This document shows, one piece after another, positions 58,956-64,000 of a DNA stretch of 64,000 nucleotides. A model generated the notes under the pieces. The model ran no database searches and was not told where the DNA came from. It saw only the letters and a list, made by a program, of their open reading frames with translations. Source of the stretch: an uncultured Acidobacteriaceae bacterium (GTDB lineage: Bacteria; Acidobacteriota; Terriglobia; Terriglobales; Acidobacteriaceae); NCBI GenBank assembly GCA_963758485.1, contig CAVWVM010000005.1, positions 121,988 to 185,987 of the forward strand, in the 5' to 3' direction. Positions within the stretch are counted from its first letter, which is position 1. Every line of letters begins with the position of its first letter. The translations under genes were made by a program, and so were the position numbers.

Positions 58956-59738
58956 ATGGAACTTGCAGGAAAAGTTGTCGTGGTAACCGGTGCTTCCATG
59001 GGAATTGGGGAAGCGATTGCCAAGATTTTCGCCGATCAGGGCGCGACTGTCATTCTCCTCTCCCGTGATGCGGGACGAGTGGAAGCGGCGCGGGGGCGAG
59101 TGGGTAATCCCGAGCGTACGCTGGCGATGGCCTGCGATGTGCGGCATCGCGAGGACATCGACCGCGCCATCGGTTTGACGCTTCATCATTTTCAGCGGAT
59201 TGACGTTTGGGTGAACAACGCGGGACATGGTCTGCTGGATTCCGTCGCGCAGATGGATATGGCCGCTTTCCGCGAGATGTTCGAGACAAATTTCTTCGGA
59301 GCCGTGGCAGCGATGCAGGCCGTGATTCCTGTCATGCGCCAGCAAGGAGGCGGGACGATTATCAACATCTCGAGCGTGGCCGGTCACATTCCTCTGCCGT
59401 TTCATGCAGGCTATAGCGCCACCAAATTTGCCCTGAATGCCATCGGCAAAGGCGCGAGCCTGGAATTGAAAAAAGACGGCATTCATGTGCTGACGGTTTG
59501 TCCCGGATATGTGCGAACTGCATTTGGCAAGAACGTAGTTGTGGGGAATGAACAAAAAACCGTGCGCCCGGGTTCGGTTCGCGGGATCACATCCGAACGC
59601 GTGGCTCGTGCCACGCTGCAGGGTTATCTAAAGCAAAAAAGGGAGGTGATCGTGCCCTGGACGATGTATGTGCCGCAGAAAATCTATCAACTGTTCCCGG
59701 GATTGGTGGAATGGGGAATGGTGAAAATGGCAAAGTAG
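58956..59738 (+). CDS. Short-chain dehydrogenase/reductase (SDR)
   Basis: VVVTGASMGIG, NNAG, YSATK. Confidence 0.9.
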   Translation: MELAGKVVVVTGASMGIGEAIAKIFADQGATVILLSRDAGRVEAARGRVGNPERTLAMACDVRHREDIDRAIGLTLHHFQRIDVWVNNAGHGLLDSVAQMDMAAFREMFETNFFGAVAAMQAVIPVMRQQGGGTIINISSVAGHIPLPFHAGYSATKFALNAIGKGASLELKKDGIHVLTVCPGYVRTAFGKNVVVGNEQKTVRPGSVRGITSERVARATLQGYLKQKREVIVPWTMYVPQKIYQLFPGLVEWGMVKMAK

Positions 59739-59766
59739 GCTGTGGCGTGAGTCAGATCGAGATCGC

Positions 59767-59967
59767 CTATGCCTGATTCTCTTCGCCAGGAGGACCCGGC
59801 CACAATTCGCCCGCTGCCCTTTGGAGGCGGCGTTCGCAGGGTTGCCACTCGTCCTCGGCGCACTCCAGCTTGTGACAATCAAAGGCGCACAGTTGATCTT
59901 CTGGCGGAACATCTTGCGAGATCTGATCTTTCAGCCACTGCCAAAGGCTGCGACGAGTTGGCTTCAT
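59767..59967 (-). CDS. Small hypothetical protein (66 aa)
   Basis: MKPTRRSLWQWLKDQISQDVPPEDQLCAFDCHKLECAEDEWQPCERR... No family recognised. Confidence 0.35.
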   Translation of the reverse strand: MKPTRRSLWQWLKDQISQDVPPEDQLCAFDCHKLECAEDEWQPCERRLQRAAGELWPGPPGEENQA

Positions 59968-60070
59968 GGGGAGGGCCTCAGTCGGTCCGATAAAAAACTT
60001 CTGGATTATCCGCCCTCCACGACGGGAAAGCAAGCAGCAAAGATACGACTAAGAGGGCAAAGGTATCCGA

Positions 60071-60379
60071 TCAGCCCAGCTCTGCCAGCATCGCTTCCAT
60101 CTCTGACTGTGCGTGAAGGTTGCCCGTTCGGCGCGCGCTTGCGATCCCATCGGTAAGCATGGTTTTTGCATCTGCGGCCCGGTCGGCGCGAACCAACGTT
60201 TGCGCTGCCATAAAGTAGCCCGGCGTGTAATCGGGATTATCTTTCAGCAGAATGGAAAATTCCGCCAGCGCTCGATCCAGGTCCCCTTGCTTGGAATATT
60301 CCATGGCCAAGCCGTAGCGCGCAAAAGTGTCATTGGGAGTCTGAGTCAGGATTTCGTTGAGTGCGGCAATGCGGTCCAT
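60071..60379 (-). CDS. TPR-like repeat protein
   Basis: ARYGLAMEYSKQGDLDRALAEFSILLKDNPDYTPGYFMAAQTL, TPR-type helices. Confidence 0.6.
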   Translation of the reverse strand: MDRIAALNEILTQTPNDTFARYGLAMEYSKQGDLDRALAEFSILLKDNPDYTPGYFMAAQTLVRADRAADAKTMLTDGIASARRTGNLHAQSEMEAMLAELG

Positions 60380-60582
60380 AGAATTGCTTTTTTAGTGATC
60401 TGCTTTTTGATGTCAGTAGGAAGATTACTACAACCGTTGCTGAGGAAGGACTAACAACGGCGAAGTCCAGTCCAGGCTAAGGTTGGCTTGGCCAATTGGC
60501 GCGACATCCCAATTACACTTATTGGTATTGACGGAGCCAAATCGTGGCTACGGTTATCTAAACCTTGCAGGTGGGTGACAAG

Positions 60583-60915
60583 ATGCATCACGTGCGCCAG
60601 GAGAATCTTCCGTTTGTTGGTAGTTCGTATCAATTTGTCGGAGCTGACCAGGGCAACACCAACGTTTCGGTTTTCCTATACCATGGGAAGCCCGGTTCGG
60701 GACCGGGTCCGCATCGGCATCCCTATGACGAGGTCCAGTTCGTCCGTGAAGGACGGGCACTTTGGACAGTTAACGGTGAGACTTTCGAGGGCCGAGCCGG
60801 AGACATCTTTGTCATCAAGGCAGGTGAGATTCACAGCTTCAAAGTCGTCGGGGATTCGCAACTCATACAGCTAGACGTTCACCTGAGTTCCCGGTTCATT
60901 CAAGAGAATCTGTAG
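60583..60915 (+). CDS. Cupin domain protein
   Basis: GPGPHRHPYDEVQFV.EG...G....G...H.F cupin motifs. ATG 60583 (GTG 60565 possible). Confidence 0.75.
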   Translation: MHHVRQENLPFVGSSYQFVGADQGNTNVSVFLYHGKPGSGPGPHRHPYDEVQFVREGRALWTVNGETFEGRAGDIFVIKAGEIHSFKVVGDSQLIQLDVHLSSRFIQENL

Positions 60916-61045
60916 AGCGCGCGACGCGACGCATTGAAGTTTTCCGTTTGTTCTCAAGAATGTCCTGACTATGGCCGCAGCCGGCATCGCCCCCTACTTG
61001 CGGTTCGCTTACTTCTGTTCCTTAGTAAAATCTTTACGAAACAAT

Positions 61046-61597
61046 ATGACAGACAGCGCTGCACGGTTCTTCGTCATCACCGGAGGCCCTGGGTCCGGCA
61101 AAAGCACCCTGATCGATGCCCTGCAAGGGCGGGGATACGCGCGGACGATGGAAGCGGGACGGGGCGTGATTCAAGATCAGGTCGCAATCGGCGGAAGTGC
61201 GCTACCGTGGAGTGATCCGCTCGCCTTTTCTGAGCTGATGCTCAGTTGGGAGCTGCGGTCTTACCGGATGGCCCAGGATCTTCACGGCCTCGTATTTTTT
61301 GACCGCGGCATCCCGGACGTGGCGGGATATTTGCGTCTATTAAATCGCCGAGTACCCGATCACGTCGACAAGGCGGCCAGATCGTTTCGATATGACCGCC
61401 GTGTTTTCATTGCTCCGCCTTGGGAAGAAATCTTTGAGCAGGATCAAGAGCGCAAACAGGACTTCGATGAGGCAGTGCGAACCTGTGAAGTGATGATCGC
61501 GACTTACACCGCCTACGACTATGAGTTGATCGAGATTCCCCGATTCACTGTCGAAGAACGGGTTCAGTTCGTTCTTGAGACTGCGAACGCTTCCTAG
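61046..61597 (+). CDS. AAA_28-type P-loop NTPase (NadR-kinase-like)
   Basis: FFVITGGPGSGKSTLIDAL...VFFDRG. Confidence 0.7.
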   Translation: MTDSAARFFVITGGPGSGKSTLIDALQGRGYARTMEAGRGVIQDQVAIGGSALPWSDPLAFSELMLSWELRSYRMAQDLHGLVFFDRGIPDVAGYLRLLNRRVPDHVDKAARSFRYDRRVFIAPPWEEIFEQDQERKQDFDEAVRTCEVMIATYTAYDYELIEIPRFTVEERVQFVLETANAS

Positions 61598-61649
61598 TCA
61601 ATGCGTCTCCCGGCCCTTTCCTCGATTCCTGTTCCGTAGTTACAAGCAA

Positions 61650-61705
61650 CTGAATGGATCGATTCAGTAATTTGAATTGGCGTCCAGTTGCTGCCTGAGT
61701 AGAAT
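61650..61705 (+). promoter_or_regulatory. Candidate sigma70 promoter with an upstream palindrome
   Basis: TTGGCG-N17-TAGAAT at 61677-61705. Palindrome CTGAAT-GGATCG-ATTCAG at 61650-61667. Confidence 0.35.
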
Positions 61706-61741
61706 GGGCTGTTCCTTCTAAAATTTGTGCACAGGAGTTCA

Positions 61742-62212
61742 ATGGTGGCGTGTCCTTACTTCATGCCGTTAGCCCGATTAGAAGGCAGTTCGTTTCTGCA
61801 TGAGACTCGACTTCCTTTGGGCTGGGGATGGGATGGGCGCTGTACTGCTCCTGGCCACGACCAAACGGTTCCATCGCAGAACGAGTTGCAGGAGTTCTGC
61901 AATATGGGCTACGCCAAGGGCTGCAGCCGGTTGCCGCAAGAACGAGCTTGGGACTCGGTACGTTTCGGCGCAAGGACGGTTGGCGGGGACGAAAACACCG
62001 GCGGCGCTGCGCGCGTCCAGGTTCGTTATGTTTGTGAACGCGATCATCTTCCTGGGGAACATGGGACGATTGAATTCGAGTTGTCGGAGGCGGGGCAACG
62101 ATGTGATCAGCGCCATCGCGACAGCAGAGTGCAGCGGATGGCGGAATGCTATTTGGCCGCCTATATGGAAAAGCGCAAGCGTCGGGACGCCCCTTCCGCC
62201 ATCGCGAGTTGA
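61742..62212 (+). CDS. Cys-rich hypothetical protein
   Basis: MVACPYFMP...GRCTAPG...EFCNMGYAKGCSRLP. No family recognised with confidence. Confidence 0.5.
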   Translation: MVACPYFMPLARLEGSSFLHETRLPLGWGWDGRCTAPGHDQTVPSQNELQEFCNMGYAKGCSRLPQERAWDSVRFGARTVGGDENTGGAARVQVRYVCERDHLPGEHGTIEFELSEAGQRCDQRHRDSRVQRMAECYLAAYMEKRKRRDAPSAIAS

Positions 62213-62293
62213 CGGCTTACGCCCACCTCACAGGCTGATTTGGTCTCAAACAACGTAAGTAAATCAGTAAGTTCAGTAAGGATAGGTAAGACT

Positions 62294-62794
62294 ATGAGCC
62301 AACATCCGTTGATCGCCCGTCCGGTGAGAGATTCACAATCGGAGATGGCAGAAATTGTGCTGCCGAATGATGCCAACCCGCTGGGCGCCTTGCTAGGCGG
62401 CCGGTTGATGCACTGGATTGATCTGGCCGGCGCCATGGCGGCTCACCGTCACTCGCGAAGTTACGCGGTCACTGCATCGGTGGATCACATTGATTTTCTT
62501 GTCCCGGTCAGAGTCGGGGATCTGGTAATTCTGCGCTCGTCAGTGAACCGAGTTTTTCAGACGTCGATGGAAGTAGGAGTGAAAGTATTTGTTGAGGACT
62601 ACCTCGCCGATATGACGCAGCACGTCGCGTCCGCTCATTTGACTTTTGTCGCAGTCGATGTGAATCGGAATCGCTTGAAGGTTGCGCCGGTTATCCCAGA
62701 GACCGAGGAACAGAAACGGCGCTATGACGATGCTGGACGTCGCCGCGAGATCCGGCGTTCCGAATTGGAGCGGCGGAACCATGCAAAGCGATAG
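62294..62794 (+). CDS. Acyl-CoA thioesterase (hotdog fold, YciA-like)
   Basis: EMAEIVLPNDANPLGALLGGRLMHWIDLAGAMAA...TASVD.IDFL.PV.VGD. Confidence 0.8.
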   Translation: MSQHPLIARPVRDSQSEMAEIVLPNDANPLGALLGGRLMHWIDLAGAMAAHRHSRSYAVTASVDHIDFLVPVRVGDLVILRSSVNRVFQTSMEVGVKVFVEDYLADMTQHVASAHLTFVAVDVNRNRLKVAPVIPETEEQKRRYDDAGRRREIRRSELERRNHAKR

Positions 62795-62805
62795 TCTCAA
62801 ACATA

Positions 62806-62821
62806 TGTGATCTACATCACA
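62806..62821 (+). promoter_or_regulatory. CRP/FNR-family type palindrome upstream of cydA
   Basis: TGTGA-TCTACA-TCACA, a perfect TGTGA-N6-TCACA. Centred about 55 nt upstream of the cydA ATG. Confidence 0.5.
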
Positions 62822-62868
62822 AGCGATTTGCACGTCGTCGTTTAAGGTAGAGGCCATCGGAATATCTC

Positions 62869-64000
62869 ATGGACAGTGCCCTCCTCGTTCATCGCATCCA
62901 TTTCGCCTTCACGGTTACCTTTCATTATCTTTTTCCCCAGCTGACGATGGGCCTTGCGCCGCTGATCGTCCTGCTTAAGACCCTGGGACTGCGTAGCAAT
63001 GATGAGACCTACAATCACGCGGCCCGCTTCTGGGCCAAGATTTTCGGCATTAGCTTCCTGTTCGGCGTGGTCACGGGAATTCCAATGGAATTTCAGTTTG
63101 GCACGAACTGGTCCCACTTTTCTCGATATGCCGGTGGCGTGATCGGTCAAACCCTGGCCATGGAAGGAATGTTCGCCTTCTTCCTTGAATCGGCATTTCT
63201 GGGATTATTTCTTTACGGAGAAAAGCGCCTCGGCCCCAAAGGGCATTGGTGGGCGGCGGTTGCGGTATTTCTGGGATCGTGGCTCTCGGGATACTTCATT
63301 ATTGCTACCGACGCGTGGATGCAGCATCCGGTCGGCTACGTAACGGCGCCGAATGGATCGTTGCAGCTTTCGAGTTTCTGGGCCCTCGTGATGAATCCGT
63401 GGGCGTGGTGGCAGTACGCGCACAACATGGGTGGGGCCGTTATTACCGGTGCAATCGTCATGTCGTCGGTGGGCGCCTTCTATCTTCTCTGGGGAAACTT
63501 CAAGACCTATGGGCGGATCTTCGTGCGTGTGGGCGTGATTGCCGGATTGATCGCCAGCGTCCTGCAATTGTTTCCCACGGGGGACGGGCAGGGGCGGATG
63601 ATCGCCATCAATCAACCAGTTACGCTGGCCGCGATGGAAGCCCTGTTCGTTGGGCAGGCAGGAGCGCCTCTGGTAATCCTGGGACAGCCCAACGTCGAGA
63701 CCAAGAAGATTGACAATCCGCTGCAAGTTCCCGAGGCCCTCAGTTTTCTAACTTACCGGGCGTGGAAAGCCAATGTGCAAGGGCTCGATTCGTTCCCGCA
63801 AGACCAGTGGCCGCAGAATATTGCACTGCTCTATTACAGCTACCACATCATGGTTGGGCTTGGCACAATCTTCATCGCCATCACCCTCGTTGCGGCGTTC
63901 CTGCTATGGCGTGGAAAATTATTTTCAGCACGCTGGATGTTGTGGATCCTCCTGCTCGCGCTTGCCGTTTCCTTACATCGCCAACACCGCCGGGTGGATG
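62869..64000 (+). CDS. cydA: Cytochrome bd ubiquinol oxidase subunit I (3-prime end outside window; apparent frameshift near 63962)
   Basis: HRIHFAFTVTFHYLFPQLTMGLAP...GIPMEFQFGTNW...AMEGMFAFFLES...ATDAWMQHP. After ...WMLWILLLA the conserved LPFPYIANTAGWM appears only in the +1 frame. This ORF is not in the supplied track because it has no stop in the window. Confidence 0.85.
   Translation, partial: MDSALLVHRIHFAFTVTFHYLFPQLTMGLAPLIVLLKTLGLRSNDETYNHAARFWAKIFGISFLFGVVTGIPMEFQFGTNWSHFSRYAGGVIGQTLAMEGMFAFFLESAFLGLFLYGEKRLGPKGHWWAAVAVFLGSWLSGYFIIATDAWMQHPVGYVTAPNGSLQLSSFWALVMNPWAWWQYAHNMGGAVITGAIVMSSVGAFYLLWGNFKTYGRIFVRVGVIAGLIASVLQLFPTGDGQGRMIAINQPVTLAAMEALFVGQAGAPLVILGQPNVETKKIDNPLQVPEALSFLTYRAWKANVQGLDSFPQDQWPQNIALLYYSYHIMVGLGTIFIAITLVAAFLLWRGKLFSARWMLWILLLALAVSLHRQHRRVD

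Noticed and set aside
58857-59555. N-terminal 230 aa of the 435-aa ORF 58248-59555(-)
   Set aside because: This part is antisense to the well-supported SDR gene (58956-59738). The Lon N-domain signature begins only at about 58850, so the gene was trimmed to TTG 58856.

Overview
GC-rich bacterial chromosomal segment, densely coded on both strands. I found no rRNA, tRNA, CRISPR array, transposase, integrase or phage genes. The gene content and the hairpin repeat families fit Acidobacteriota; that is my recollection, not a search result.

Recognisable content, in order:
- Start of window: C-terminal end of an S9 prolyl oligopeptidase, a four-helix-bundle (23S rRNA IVS family) gene, a decayed trypsin-like protease, and a repeat-dense stretch (2.1-5.1 kb). 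That stretch holds a metallothionein-like small gene and a PD-(D/E)xK gene.
- 5-14 kb: ilvE, DinB-like, a MocR-type regulator, DoxX, a NarL-type two-component pair and a GH27 alpha-galactosidase.
- 14-22 kb: HicAB, then a beta-oxidation cluster (acyl-CoA dehydrogenase, thiolase, FadB-like). The cluster is interrupted by a GxxExxY cassette, DUF3455 and fasciclin genes.
- 22-40 kb: NUDIX and patatin genes, then envelope proteins flanked by two NtrC-type sigma54 two-component systems.
- 40-48 kb: a GT4 glycosyltransferase, two tandem aldo/keto reductases (one with a Tat signal), a CDGSH protein, a Tat flavoprotein and a rhomboid protease.
- 48-58.9 kb: a 1213-aa SBBP/Ig-like surface protein, a REC-PilZ protein, an orphan sigma54 activator, and a LonN / ChlI-like AAA+ / VWA trio.
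- 59-64 kb: small housekeeping-type genes and the start of cydA.

Most noteworthy:
1. Short-period repeat elements (heptad inverted arrays; 40-bp direct repeats) exactly fill intergenic gaps and bracket small orphan genes. The initiation regions of those genes sit inside perfect hairpins.
2. A candidate c-di-GMP/sigma54 module: REC-PilZ, an activator with a degenerate receiver, and a sigma54 promoter in front of the giant surface protein.
3. A LonN / AAA+ / VWA cluster whose ATPase has non-canonical Walker motifs.
4. A REP-like repeat inserted in frame inside a nuclease gene.
5. At least six single-nucleotide frame disruptions. These may be assembly errors and need read-level checking.

All functional calls rest on motifs read by eye from the supplied translations. 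No database search was run.
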